Source: Candidatus Shapirobacteria bacterium (GTDB lineage Bacteria > Patescibacteriota > Microgenomatia > UBA12405). From it: a stretch of DNA of 64,000 nucleotides. Position 1 is the stretch's first letter; each line of letters begins with the position of its first letter. The notes beneath the pieces are model-generated. The model saw only the letters and a list, made by a program, of their open reading frames with translations, did not search any database and was not told the origin of the DNA. Shown in pieces: positions 1 to 9,146 of the stretch. The stretch spans positions 3,146-67,145 of the forward strand of contig JBAYIT010000003.1 of the NCBI GenBank assembly GCA_041665485.1. The letters run 5' to 3'. The translations under genes were made by a program, and so were the position numbers.

Positions 1-627
1 CTAACTAGTTATGCTTTTGATAAAGTCCGAGGAATTTGTGACTGCTCCAAAAACACCATTTTCTACAATGATTGATTCGATTGACCATTTGTGCAAGCTT
101 TCGTTTATTGCCCCACAACAATCCTCAAGCAATAGACATTTGTAACCTAAGTCGTTTGCTGACCTAAGTGTTGAGTGTACGCAACAATCTATCGTATTGC
201 CACAAAATGCTAGATATTTAATGCCTCGTTGTTTAAGATATTGATCTATTGAGGAGGAAACAAAAGCGCTTGTTGTTGATTTGTCAAAAACTCTTTCGGC
301 TGGTGTTGGTTTTAATTCTTCTGTAATTTCCCAGCAAAATGTATTTTTTGAAGAGGCGGTAGATGGTAATTGCTCCGTATTTACTTCTCCGTGTCGTGTA
401 AAGATTACCTCCAATCCATTTTCTCGCGCCATCTTTATTACTGAAGATATATTTTCAATTGGCTTTCTGAGTGGTTCAAGATTAAATCCGGCTTTATCCA
501 TATAACAGCCCCTTGTACAATAATCATTTTGCATATCAACTACTACCAAAGCCCATTCATTAATGCCAGTTGTCCCGCTTCTTGGCCAGTTGTGAGGTCT
601 AGCCTTTATTTTAATGTTTTTTATCAT
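1..627 (-). CDS. isochorismatase-family cysteine hydrolase (nicotinamidase-like)
   Basis: 208-aa ORF with the 'ALVVVDMQNDY' N-terminal signature typical of the isochorismatase/cysteine-hydrolase fold. ATG at 625-627 (rc) and TAG at 1-3 (rc). Confidence 0.6.
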   Translation of the reverse strand: MIKNIKIKARPHNWPRSGTTGINEWALVVVDMQNDYCTRGCYMDKAGFNLEPLRKPIENISSVIKMARENGLEVIFTRHGEVNTEQLPSTASSKNTFCWEITEELKPTPAERVFDKSTTSAFVSSSIDQYLKQRGIKYLAFCGNTIDCCVHSTLRSANDLGYKCLLLEDCCGAINESLHKWSIESIIVENGVFGAVTNSSDFIKSITS

Positions 628-686
628 CCGGTCTAATTACTTTACCCTTCACTAATACTATAATTTAACACAACATCAGGGTAATG

Positions 687-710
687 TTTTAGGCCTTCGG
701 GCATTCATCC
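687..710. repeat. 24-bp direct repeat copy 1 (ttttaggccttcgggcattcatcc) flanking RhuM gene 1
   Basis: 21/24 identical to 1781-1804. Contains a GCC-UUCG-GGC tetraloop hairpin. Confidence 0.6.
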
Positions 711-732
711 TAACACTAAATTTGATAAGATA

Positions 733-1776
733 ATGACAAGTTTTACTAGCGACATGCCCAAGGTTAATCACAAAATTAGTGTAAAAAATGAACTGACCGA
801 ATTTCTACTTTATACCGCTCCAAGCGGTAAAGTAAAAGTGGAAATTTATTTTCATGACGAAAACATTTGGCTGACACAAGACAAAATGGCTAAATTGTTT
901 GGCGTGCAACAGCCGGCCATTGCCAAACACTTAAAGAATATTTTCGAAAGTGGTGAATTGCAAGAAAATTCAGTTCATTCCATTTTGGAATATACTGCCA
1001 CTGATGGCAAAAAGTATCAAACAAAATTCTATAATCTTGATGCCATAATTTCCGTTGGGTATAGGGTTAATTCATCCCAAGCCACTCAATTCCGCATTTG
1101 GGCAACAGAAAGACTCAAAGAATACATCATCAAGGGCTTTACCATGGATGATGAAAGATTAAAAAATGGAAAATACTTTGATAAAGATTATTTTATAGAG
1201 CTACTAGAAAGAGTTCGTTCTATCCGTGCCAGCGAGAGGAAAATTTATCAGCAAATTACAGATATTTTTGCTGAATGCAGTATCAATTACAGTCCCACAT
1301 CAGAAATTGCCAAAAATTTTTATGCCATGATTCAAAATAAATTTCACTTTGCCATTACTGGCAAAACCGCTGCTGAAATTATTTATGAAACGGCAAACAA
1401 GCAAAAGCCTTTTATGGGACTCAAAACCTGGAAAAATTCACCAAAAGGCAGAATTTTAAAATCCGACACGGTTATTGCCAAAAATTATCTTAATGAGGAT
1501 AAAATAAAAAAACTGGAACGAGGCATTGTTGGTTATTTCGATTATATTGAAAGACTGATTGAAAATCGCACCACTCTCACCATGGAAAAACTGGCGGAAT
1601 CAGTGAATAACTTTTTGGAATTTAATAAGTACGATGTGCTTGAAGGAAAAGGCACAATTTCTCACGCCCAAGCGGAACAAAAAGCATTTCGGGAATACGA
1701 CGAATATAATAAAACGCAGGAAATAGAATCTGATTTTGACAAACTTATAAAATCTTTACCATCTGGGGATAAATAA
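733..1776 (+). CDS. RhuM-family protein (PF13310-like), paralog 1
   Basis: 347 aa with motifs 'YNLDAIISVGYRVNS', 'FRIWATERLKEYIIKGFTMDDERLK', 'SERKIYQQITDIFA' and 'KNYLNE'. These match the Salmonella RhuM family as I recall it. Confidence 0.8.
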   Translation: MTSFTSDMPKVNHKISVKNELTEFLLYTAPSGKVKVEIYFHDENIWLTQDKMAKLFGVQQPAIAKHLKNIFESGELQENSVHSILEYTATDGKKYQTKFYNLDAIISVGYRVNSSQATQFRIWATERLKEYIIKGFTMDDERLKNGKYFDKDYFIELLERVRSIRASERKIYQQITDIFAECSINYSPTSEIAKNFYAMIQNKFHFAITGKTAAEIIYETANKQKPFMGLKTWKNSPKGRILKSDTVIAKNYLNEDKIKKLERGIVGYFDYIERLIENRTTLTMEKLAESVNNFLEFNKYDVLEGKGTISHAQAEQKAFREYDEYNKTQEIESDFDKLIKSLPSGDK

Positions 1777-1780
1777 GATA

Positions 1781-1804
1781 TTTTGACCTTCGGGCATTCA
1801 CCCC
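1781..1804. repeat. 24-bp direct repeat copy 2 (ttttgaccttcgggcattcacccc)
   Basis: Lies 5 bp after the RhuM#1 stop codon. Matches 687-710. Confidence 0.6.
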
Positions 1805-1986
1805 TTACCCCTCTGCCCTCCGCCCAATAAGAAAAACAAATTTAACTCACCCCCTCAACTCAAAGAAAGAAGAAGGTTGAAAAATATTTTTTGAACTCTC
1901 GCCCCAATTCGTTTCTCCAAGTCCTTGTCCTCCTCTATGGGTGTCTCGACTGATGTAAAATAAAGCATGTCAGTCGGCGACTCAAG

Positions 1987-2019
1987 CCCCGCAACTGCTG
2001 GGGTCGCCCATACTGAAAC
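1987..2019. repeat. 33-bp repeat CCCCGCaACTGCTGgggTCGCCCATACTGAaAC (copy 1)
   Basis: About 85% identical to 2596-2630. Embedded in a larger inverted repeat (GGCGAC...GTCGCC, 1977-2011). Confidence 0.55.
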
Positions 2020-2030
2020 GTTGTCCAAAA

Positions 2031-2552
2031 TTGAAAAATTTGTCTAACCACAACAACATGGCCGAAAAAAACATAACTGATCTAACTGGAAAAACAAAAA
2101 AAATTACTTGTCTTGGTTGCGATCGCGAAAAAGGCTTAATTAACTTGGGCAATATTGTGAAGTCGGAATATTTTGATGCCCACCAAGACTATGAAATCCC
2201 CATCCCCGGTTTTGTGATTGTTTCCTCAAAAAGGCACATTCAAAGTATTGATGAATTTACCGAAGATGAACAACGGGATTTCATAAAATTTTTGTGTCGC
2301 TTACGTTCAGCCCAAAGACAAGTTCTCGGCATTGAAGTTATTTATATAGTCCAAGAGGAAGACACCTCACACCATTTTCATGTTTGGATGTTTCCGCGTT
2401 TTGATTGGATGGAAGAAAGGTTTGGTCGAAAAATTCAGTCTGTTCGTCCAATTATGGAATATGCCAGAGAAAACATGAAAACCGAAACCAAAATTAAAGA
2501 AGTTGAAACCGCGACACAGAAATTAAAGCAATTTTTTTCTAGTGCTGAATAA
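2031..2552 (+). CDS. HIT-family (histidine triad-like) hydrolase
   Basis: 173 aa with an N-terminal 'CLGCD' and a His-rich 'SHHFHVWMFP' motif resembling HIT proteins. Confidence 0.45.
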   Translation: MKNLSNHNNMAEKNITDLTGKTKKITCLGCDREKGLINLGNIVKSEYFDAHQDYEIPIPGFVIVSSKRHIQSIDEFTEDEQRDFIKFLCRLRSAQRQVLGIEVIYIVQEEDTSHHFHVWMFPRFDWMEERFGRKIQSVRPIMEYARENMKTETKIKEVETATQKLKQFFSSAE

Positions 2553-2595
2553 TGAAGAAAATTTTTCAACATCGTACAACACAGCATATGGGGTT

Positions 2596-2630
2596 CCCCC
2601 GCCACTGCTGACTTCGCCCATACTGATACA
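2596..2630. repeat. 33-bp repeat copy 2 (cccccgccactgctgacttcgcccatactgataca)
   Basis: Direct repeat of 1987-2019, so the two copies bracket the HIT gene. A partial third copy (catcagccatactgagacg) sits at 3153-3171. Confidence 0.55.
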
Positions 2631-2652
2631 TTAGCGGACATAATAAAAAATT

Positions 2653-3003
2653 ATGAAAAAGTTGATTGTATTTCTTTTAATCTTAACCACACTAGTTTTT
2701 ATTTGTTTTTTAAGTATTGACCGACAGTTAATCGTTATTCCTGGTTTTCATATACCAAAATTATTAGAAAAAAAATCAGATTCTCTTGTGCCGGTTGTTG
2801 GCTGGAATTTAGGTAATAATGTGTATCGATGTAGTACGGATGATGATTGTATTTTGGTATCCGTGGGAACATGTTGTGATTTTGTTGCTATCAATAAAAA
2901 CTTTAAGGATGAAATACAGTCAACTCCTATGATATGTACTCAAGTTTGCTATACAGAAGCTTTATGTAATAAGAGTGTTTGTCAGATAACCAAATCTAAA
3001 TAA
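2653..3003 (+). CDS. small membrane-anchored Cys-rich protein (hypothetical)
   Basis: 116 aa with an N-terminal hydrophobic helix (LIVFLLILTTLVFICFL) followed by an 8-Cys domain. No recognisable family. Confidence 0.4.
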   Translation: MKKLIVFLLILTTLVFICFLSIDRQLIVIPGFHIPKLLEKKSDSLVPVVGWNLGNNVYRCSTDDDCILVSVGTCCDFVAINKNFKDEIQSTPMICTQVCYTEALCNKSVCQITKSK

Positions 3004-3360
3004 TTTTTTATTACATCTCCATTCCTCACTTCGTTCCGGTACTCGACCCCGTTGCACTCTTCGGGGTGTATAACACGGTATGACTGGTTCGCTTGTGCTT
3101 CGCTCACTCCATATTGCCCATGCTTTTGATAAATTAAGTTTAAAGCATGGCAACATCAGCCATACTGAGACGTTACTGCACAATTCAAAAAATATAATTA
3201 GGTAAAAATAATAATGGACTCAGTTTCCAAAGACGGCTCCGGCGATTCACAAAGGGGTTGATTAAAATCAACTTTAGCCTACATCAACCACTAACCCACC
3301 CCCAAATTTTTCTATTTCCAGATTCGTATCTTCGTAAATTCGTAGATTCGTATTTATCCA

Positions 3361-3389
3361 TTGCAAACTCGGAAACCTACTGCTACAAT
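3361..3389 (+). promoter_or_regulatory. sigma70-like promoter upstream of tuf (-35 TTGCAA, 17 bp, -10 TACAAT)
   Basis: TTGCAA at 3361-3366 and TACAAT at 3384-3389. A second TACAAT lies at 3417-3422. Confidence 0.4.
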
Positions 3390-3458
3390 CTTAAAGCTTT
3401 TTAAGCTACAATACCTTTGTATTGTCCTTATTAATATTTAGTATTTAAAATCAAAAAA

Positions 3459-4631
3459 ATGGCAGACGCTTTCAAAAGAACCAAACCCCACGTTAATGTT
3501 GGCACAATCGGTCACGTCGATCACGGCAAAACCACCCTTTCCGCCGCAATTTCTAAAGTTCAGGGCAATCCTAAATCTTACGCTGATATCGCCAAAGGTG
3601 GCACCGTTCGCGATGCTTCCAAAATCGTTACCATCGCTATTTCTCATTTAGAGTATGAGACTGAAAAACGGCACTACGCTCACATCGACTGCCCGGGCCA
3701 CGCTGATTACGTCAAAAATATGATCACCGGTGCTGCCCAAATGGACGGTGGTATTTTGGTCGTCTCCGCCCCCGACGGTCCCATGCCTCAAACCCGGGAG
3801 CACGTCCTTTTGGCCCAACAGGTCAACGTTCCTTCCTTGGTTGTCTATTTAAATAAAACTGATTTAGTCACCGATCCCGAATTCTTAGATCTGGTCGAAA
3901 TGGAAATCCGCGATCTTCTCAAGAAATACGGTTATCCCGGCGATGAAACTCCTATTATTCGCGGAAGTGCCCTCAAGGCTCTCAATGGCGACCCAGAAGG
4001 TGTCGAATCTATCAAGAAATTGATGGAAGCTCTCGACAATTTCATTCCTGATCCTAAACGTGATCTGGAAAAGCCCTTCTTGATGCCCGTCGAAGACGTT
4101 TTCTCCATCAAGGGCCGTGGCACAGTCGCCACCGGTCGTATTGAAAGGGGAGTTGTTAAAGTCAACGAAGAAATCGAAATTGTCGGTCTTCGCCCCACCA
4201 AGAAATCCGTCGTTACCGGTGTGGAAATGTTCCACAAATCCCTCGATCAGGGTCAAGCCGGCGACAATGTCGGTATCCTTCTTCGTGGTGTTGAAAAAGA
4301 AGACATCGAAAGGGGCCAAGTTTTGGCTAAAATCGGCACCATTACTCCTCACACCAAATTCAAAGCCAGTATCTACCTTCTTAAGAAAGAAGAAGGTGGC
4401 CGTCATACTCCGGTTTTCTCCGGCTATCGTCCCCAGGTTTTCATTGGTACTACCGATGTTACCGGTGATGTCGCTCTGGCCGAAGGTGTGGAAATGGTCA
4501 TGCCCGGCGACAACGCCGCTGTCACTGTCACTCTTATTAAGCCAGTCGCTCTCGAAAAAGGTCAGCGTTTCGCTCTCCGCGAGGGTGGATTAACAGTTGG
4601 CGCTGGTGCCATTTCTGAAGTTATCGAATAG
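3459..4631 (+). CDS. tuf: elongation factor Tu
   Basis: 390 aa with '[19 protein letters not shown]', 'DCPGHADY' and 'NKTD' GTPase motifs. Full-length EF-Tu. Confidence 0.97.
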   Translation: MADAFKRTKPHVNVGTIGHVDHGKTTLSAAISKVQGNPKSYADIAKGGTVRDASKIVTIAISHLEYETEKRHYAHIDCPGHADYVKNMITGAAQMDGGILVVSAPDGPMPQTREHVLLAQQVNVPSLVVYLNKTDLVTDPEFLDLVEMEIRDLLKKYGYPGDETPIIRGSALKALNGDPEGVESIKKLMEALDNFIPDPKRDLEKPFLMPVEDVFSIKGRGTVATGRIERGVVKVNEEIEIVGLRPTKKSVVTGVEMFHKSLDQGQAGDNVGILLRGVEKEDIERGQVLAKIGTITPHTKFKASIYLLKKEEGGRHTPVFSGYRPQVFIGTTDVTGDVALAEGVEMVMPGDNAAVTVTLIKPVALEKGQRFALREGGLTVGAGAISEVIE

Positions 4632-4646
4632 TAATAAAGCTTTAAA

Positions 4647-4680
4647 AGCCCCCCGAAAGCTTTCGGGGGGCGTTCTTTAA
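4647..4680 (+). terminator. intrinsic terminator/attenuator after tuf
   Basis: Perfect 22-nt palindrome ccccccgaaag/ctttcgggggg at 4649-4670, followed by cgttcttt. Confidence 0.6.
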
Positions 4681-4686
4681 AATAAT

Positions 4687-4998
4687 ATGACCAAAGGTAA
4701 TCGCATTCGTATTCGGCTAAAATCGTTTGACTCTCGGGTCATCGACGAAGCCGCCGCCAAAATCATCGAAGCCGCCGTTACTGCTGGTGCCCAAGTTCAA
4801 GGTCCCATTCCTTTACCCACCAAAAAGAAAAGAATCACTGTTCTTGCCAGCCCTCACACCGACAAAAATGCCCGCGAACACTTCCAGATCTTTACCCACA
4901 AAAGATTAATTGATATCACCAATACTAGTTTAAGAACCATCGACAGTCTCCAACATCTGGATTTGCCTTCCGGCGTTGAAATCGAGATTAAGATGTAA
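4687..4998 (+). CDS. rpsJ: 30S ribosomal protein S10
   Basis: 103-aa S10 homolog at the head of the S10 operon. Confidence 0.95.
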   Translation: MTKGNRIRIRLKSFDSRVIDEAAAKIIEAAVTAGAQVQGPIPLPTKKKRITVLASPHTDKNAREHFQIFTHKRLIDITNTSLRTIDSLQHLDLPSGVEIEIKM

Positions 4999-5005
4999 TT
5001 TTACT

Positions 5006-5644
5006 ATGATTTCAGGTTTCATCGCGAAAAAAGTTGGCATGGAAAGTCTCTTTACCGATGCCGGCCGTCGTCTCGTTGTTACTCGCCTCCAAGCTAATCC
5101 TCTCATCGTTACTCAAGTTAAATCAGAGGAAAAAGATGGTTATCAGGCTCTCCAGTTTGCTTTTGGTCAATCTCGCCGTTTAGATCGCCCTACTTCTGCC
5201 AAACTGGCCAAGATTAAAGTTGAATCCAAACCATCTGGATTCATTGAATTTAAACTAACCGATTCTGCCAAATCAGCCGAAGTTGGTTCCAATGTTGCCA
5301 TCACCGATGTTTTTAGTGAAGGCGATTCTGTCTCTGTTTCCGGAATTTCTAAAGGTCGTGGTTTTGCCGGTGTTATCAAACGCTGGGGCTTTCATCGCCA
5401 GCCGGTTTCCGGTGGTCAATCCGACCGTGTTCGGGCTCCCGGTTCTATTGGCGCCCAAACTCCGGGAAAAGTTCTTAAGGGTAAAAAAATGCCCGGTCAT
5501 TACGGCAATAAAAAAATCTCCACCCTTGGTCTAAAAGTTGTCAAGTTTTTTCCCGAAACCAATCAAGTTTTAGTCTCTGGCTCCGTCCCAGGGTGTCCTA
5601 ATTCCTGGGTTATTATCAGTAAACCTTACTTCCATGAAAGTTGA
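5006..5644 (+). CDS. rplC: 50S ribosomal protein L3
   Basis: L3 homolog. The ATG at 5006 (MISGFIAKKVGM...) is preferred over the longer ORF from 4976, which overlaps rpsJ. Confidence 0.9.
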   Translation: MISGFIAKKVGMESLFTDAGRRLVVTRLQANPLIVTQVKSEEKDGYQALQFAFGQSRRLDRPTSAKLAKIKVESKPSGFIEFKLTDSAKSAEVGSNVAITDVFSEGDSVSVSGISKGRGFAGVIKRWGFHRQPVSGGQSDRVRAPGSIGAQTPGKVLKGKKMPGHYGNKKISTLGLKVVKFFPETNQVLVSGSVPGCPNSWVIISKPYFHES

Positions 5645-6272
5645 TCTCTATAACCTCCAATCAGAAAAAATCGGCACTACCACTTTGCCTTTATCTTATT
5701 TTTCTGCCACCGTTTCTCCTCGGGTTTTATCCCAATACATGCGCGTTTACTTAAGTAATCAGCGCTCGTCTGGGGCTAAAGTCAAAGACCGAGGTGAAGT
5801 TGCCGGCACCACTAAAAAAATGTGGGCTCAAAAAGGCACCGGTCGCGCCCGTCATAGCACTGCCAAAGCTCCTCTTTTTGTTGGTGGTGGAAGTGCTCAT
5901 GGCCCCACCGGTAAACAAAACTATTCTCTAAAAATGAATAAAAAGGCTTCAAAAGCTGCTCTCAAGTCTGTTTTGACTACTTTTGCCAAGGAAGGCCGGA
6001 TTATTGTTATCGACAAATTCTCTCCCTTGCCCCCCAAAACCAAAGTTGCCTGGAATTTTATCGCTGGCTTAGAAAAAGCTATCGAAAAATTAGCCAAAAG
6101 TTCCAAGTTTGCCATCATTACTTCTCGTTCTTTGCCAAATCTCAATCGGGCTTTCGGCAACATCCCCGACATTAATCTCCTTTCTCTTCAATCTCTAAAT
6201 GCCTACCAGGTTTCTCGTCAAAAGTTTCTTATATTTTCTCAAAAAGCCGTTAATCGGATAAGTAAACCATGA
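5634..6272 (+). CDS. rplD: 50S ribosomal protein L4
   Basis: 212 aa with the 'KGTGRARHS' L4 motif. Confidence 0.93.
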   Translation: MKVDLYNLQSEKIGTTTLPLSYFSATVSPRVLSQYMRVYLSNQRSSGAKVKDRGEVAGTTKKMWAQKGTGRARHSTAKAPLFVGGGSAHGPTGKQNYSLKMNKKASKAALKSVLTTFAKEGRIIVIDKFSPLPPKTKVAWNFIAGLEKAIEKLAKSSKFAIITSRSLPNLNRAFGNIPDINLLSLQSLNAYQVSRQKFLIFSQKAVNRISKP

Positions 6273-6556
6273 TTAAAATGATTCCCATAATTACCGAAAA
6301 ATCAGTTGCCCTCCAATCTTCTGGTGTTTATGCTTTTTGGGTTGATTTAGGTGCCTCAAAATCCGAAATTAGAGTTGCTTTTAAAGATCAGTTTGCTGTT
6401 ACTCCAATTTCTATCAACACCACCATTGTTCGTGGCAAATTAAAGACTAATTGGAAGAATCGTAGTAAAATAGTCCGGTCCGACCGAAAGAAGGCAATTA
6501 TCACTGTCGGTGCCAAAAATAAAATAGATTCACTTCAATTCAAACCCAAAAAATAA
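6269..6556 (+). CDS. rplW: 50S ribosomal protein L23
   Basis: 95-aa L23 homolog in the conserved position. Confidence 0.9.
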   Translation: MIKMIPIITEKSVALQSSGVYAFWVDLGASKSEIRVAFKDQFAVTPISINTTIVRGKLKTNWKNRSKIVRSDRKKAIITVGAKNKIDSLQFKPKK

Positions 6557-6557
6557 T

Positions 6558-7307
6558 ATGAAATTACTTCGCCGACTGGCCACCATCAAGAAAAAAACCT
6601 CTGGCCGTGACTCCAGTGGCACTATTTCCGTCCGTCACCGCGGTGGTGAGCACAAGCGTTTTTTGCGTCTGATCGATTGGCGTCGTCCATATCTCGATAT
6701 TTCCGCCAAAGTTATTGCCATCGAATACGACCCCAATCGCACCGTCGATATTGCTCTCTTGTCTTACACTAATGGTTCCAAAAGTTATATCCTGGCTCCG
6801 GTTGGTCTAAAAATCGGTGACACTGTTGTCAATAGTCCTTCTGCTCCCATTAAAGACGGCAATCGTCTACCTCTCAAAAATATTCCTGTTGGTTTACCTA
6901 TTCACGGCCTAGAACTTCAGGTTGGCAAAGGGGCTCAAATTGTTAAATCAGCCGGTTCTTCCGCTTTTATTCAAAGTGTCGATGGTAAGAAAGCCATCAT
7001 TAAATTGCCATCCGGTGAAATTAGGATTTTTAATTCCGAATCTCAAGCTACCATCGGCCAGTTAGGTCAGGCCGAACACTCAACCACTAAATTAGTTAAA
7101 GCCGGCGACTCCCGCCACCGAGGTATTCGCCCCGGTGTCCGCGGTGTTGCTCAAAATCCTCACTCCCACCCCCACGGTGGTGGTGAAGGTCGCAGTTCCA
7201 TTGGTATGAATCCCAAGACTCCTTGGGGTAAGCCGGCCATGGGTAAACGAACTCGCAAACGCAAAAACCGCAGTAACAAGTTAATTGTTCAACGTCGAAA
7301 GAAATAG
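6558..7307 (+). CDS. rplB: 50S ribosomal protein L2
   Basis: 249-aa L2 with a C-terminal 'HPHGGGEGR' region. Confidence 0.95.
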   Translation: MKLLRRLATIKKKTSGRDSSGTISVRHRGGEHKRFLRLIDWRRPYLDISAKVIAIEYDPNRTVDIALLSYTNGSKSYILAPVGLKIGDTVVNSPSAPIKDGNRLPLKNIPVGLPIHGLELQVGKGAQIVKSAGSSAFIQSVDGKKAIIKLPSGEIRIFNSESQATIGQLGQAEHSTTKLVKAGDSRHRGIRPGVRGVAQNPHSHPHGGGEGRSSIGMNPKTPWGKPAMGKRTRKRKNRSNKLIVQRRKK

Positions 7308-7360
7308 TTTTAAGTTTTTAACTTGATAAACTTTTAACTTTATAACTTTATAACTTATCT
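7308..7360. repeat. AACTTTATA-type degenerate tandem repeats filling the rplB-rpsS spacer
   Basis: ttttaagtttttaacttgataaacttttaactttataactttataactt. The same family occurs at 8001-8050, 8686-8730 and 48784-48864. Confidence 0.6.
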
Positions 7361-7633
7361 ATGTCAAGAAGCTCGAAAAAAGGTCCTTTTGTTGACCCCC
7401 GCCTGATTGAAAAAATAACCAAGGATCCAACGGGTGTTATCACTACTTATTCTCGCCATTCTCAAATCGCTCCGGAGTTTGTCGGTCATACTTTTGCCAT
7501 TCACACCGGCCGTAAATTTGTCAACGTTTATATTACCGAAGACATGGTCGGCCATTATTTGGGTGAATTTGCCCCCACCCGAACCTTCAAAGGCCACGGG
7601 CGTATCGTTAAGAGAGTTCTAGAAAAAACCTAA
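7361..7633 (+). CDS. rpsS: 30S ribosomal protein S19
   Basis: 90-aa S19 homolog. Confidence 0.93.
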   Translation: MSRSSKKGPFVDPRLIEKITKDPTGVITTYSRHSQIAPEFVGHTFAIHTGRKFVNVYITEDMVGHYLGEFAPTRTFKGHGRIVKRVLEKT

Positions 7634-7634
7634 C

Positions 7635-8000
7635 ATGACTACTGTAAAATTTTCTCATCCCAACGTTCCTATTTCTCCCCGAAAAATCAGGGCTCTGGTT
7701 GCCACTGTCAAAAAGATGGCCCCAGTCAAAGCTCTTATTTCTCTTAAATTCACTAACTCAAAATCAGCCAGAATTTTGGAGAAGTTTGTTAGAAATGCCG
7801 TTGCCGCCGCTAAAAGTAACAATCAATTAACTCCTGAAAGTCTCAAATTTGATTCTTTTCAGGTTGATGAAGGTTTAAAAATTAAACGGATGGACAAATC
7901 CCACGGCTCCCGTTTTGCCCGTGGTGTTATCCAAAAAAGGCACAGTCGCCTTTCTCTGACTTTATCGGGCGTTTCTGATAAAATAGCCAGTCAGCAATAA
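7635..8000 (+). CDS. rplV: 50S ribosomal protein L22
   Basis: 121-aa L22 homolog. Confidence 0.9.
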   Translation: MTTVKFSHPNVPISPRKIRALVATVKKMAPVKALISLKFTNSKSARILEKFVRNAVAAAKSNNQLTPESLKFDSFQVDEGLKIKRMDKSHGSRFARGVIQKRHSRLSLTLSGVSDKIASQQ

Positions 8001-8050
8001 AATTATTTTAACTTGATAAACTTTATAACTTTTAACTTTATAACTAATTA
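8001..8050. repeat. AACTTTATA-type repeats in the rplV-rpsC spacer
   Basis: aattattttaacttgataaactttataacttttaactttataact. Confidence 0.6.
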
Positions 8051-8692
8051 ATGGGACAAAAAGTTAATCCAATCGGTTTCCGTCTGGAAACCACCAAAAA
8101 CAATCACGAATGGCAGTCTTCTTGGTATGCCTCAAAAGCTAAATATGGTCTCTATCTTTTAGAAGATAAAAAAATTAGAGACTACCTCCAAAAAAAATTT
8201 TCTGGTGCCGGTATAGTCGCTGTCCGCATCAACCGTTCTGCTAAAAAAGTCAAATTAACCCTCATTGTCAGTCGCCCCGGTTTAGTCATCGGTCGTGGTG
8301 GTAAAGAGTTGGAAACAATCAAAACCGAAGTTCAAAAAAGCCAGTCCAAGTTGTTGGGTAAGCCGGCTATTGAAATTCAGGTCGAAGAGTTCAAACATCC
8401 CGATTTATCAGCCAAATTAGTTGCCGAGAAAATCGCTTTTCAGTTGGCCAAAAGAATGCCTCATCGCCGAGTAGTTTTATCTGCCATGGAAAAATGCATG
8501 GCCGAAGGTGCCAAGGGTATTAAAATCGTTTTAGGCGGTCGTATCAATGGCGCCGAAATTAGTCGTCGGGAAAAGTTTTATCAAGGTAAAGTTCCACTTA
8601 GCACTATTCGCTCATTTATCGATTATGCCGACTGCCCCTCTCTTACCCGCTCCGGCTACATCGGCGTTAAAGTTTACCTGTGTTTAACTTAA
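8051..8692 (+). CDS. rpsC: 30S ribosomal protein S3
   Basis: 213-aa S3 with KH-like and S3_C regions. Confidence 0.93.
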   Translation: MGQKVNPIGFRLETTKNNHEWQSSWYASKAKYGLYLLEDKKIRDYLQKKFSGAGIVAVRINRSAKKVKLTLIVSRPGLVIGRGGKELETIKTEVQKSQSKLLGKPAIEIQVEEFKHPDLSAKLVAEKIAFQLAKRMPHRRVVLSAMEKCMAEGAKGIKIVLGGRINGAEISRREKFYQGKVPLSTIRSFIDYADCPSLTRSGYIGVKVYLCLT

Positions 8693-8730
8693 CTTTTAAC
8701 TTTACAAACTTTTAACTTTATAACTTATTT
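8686..8730. repeat. AACTTTATA-type repeats in the rpsC-rplP spacer
   Basis: aacttaacttttaactttacaaacttttaactttataactt. Confidence 0.6.
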
Positions 8731-9135
8731 ATGTTACAACCAAGTCGCACCAAATATCGCAAACAATTCCGTGGCCGAATGCGTGGTCTTTCTGCCGGTA
8801 ATCAGGTTTCCTTTGGTGAATTTGGCCTAAAGTCGCTCGAATGTAGCTGGATTAGCGCCAATCAAATCGAATCTGCCCGTAAAGCTATTACTCATGCCAC
8901 CAAAAGAAATGGCCGGATGTGGGTTCGTATTTTTCCCGATAAGCCCTTTACTGAAAAAGGTGCCGGTTCTCCTCTTGGTGCTGGTAAAGGTGATGTTAAA
9001 GGCTACGTTTCCGTTATTAAGCCAGGCCGAGTTATGTTTGAAGTTTCCGGCGTTTTAGAGTCTGAAGCCCGTGAGGCTTTGAGGCTGGCTGCCGCCAAGT
9101 TACCGGTTAGAACTAAAATCATTAAAAGAATTTAA
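8731..9135 (+). CDS. rplP: 50S ribosomal protein L16
   Basis: 134-aa L16 homolog. Confidence 0.93.
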   Translation: MLQPSRTKYRKQFRGRMRGLSAGNQVSFGEFGLKSLECSWISANQIESARKAITHATKRNGRMWVRIFPDKPFTEKGAGSPLGAGKGDVKGYVSVIKPGRVMFEVSGVLESEAREALRLAAAKLPVRTKIIKRI

Positions 9136-9146
9136 TAACCCCGATT

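Noticed and set aside
3885-4593. Several ORFs (3885..4406 minus, 3932..4237 minus, 4117..4593 plus) overlapping tuf
   Set aside because: They lie antisense or out-of-frame to the unambiguous EF-Tu gene and have Arg/Pro/Ser-rich low-complexity translations. They are spurious, as are similar shadow ORFs inside rplO, secY, recA, rny and aspS.
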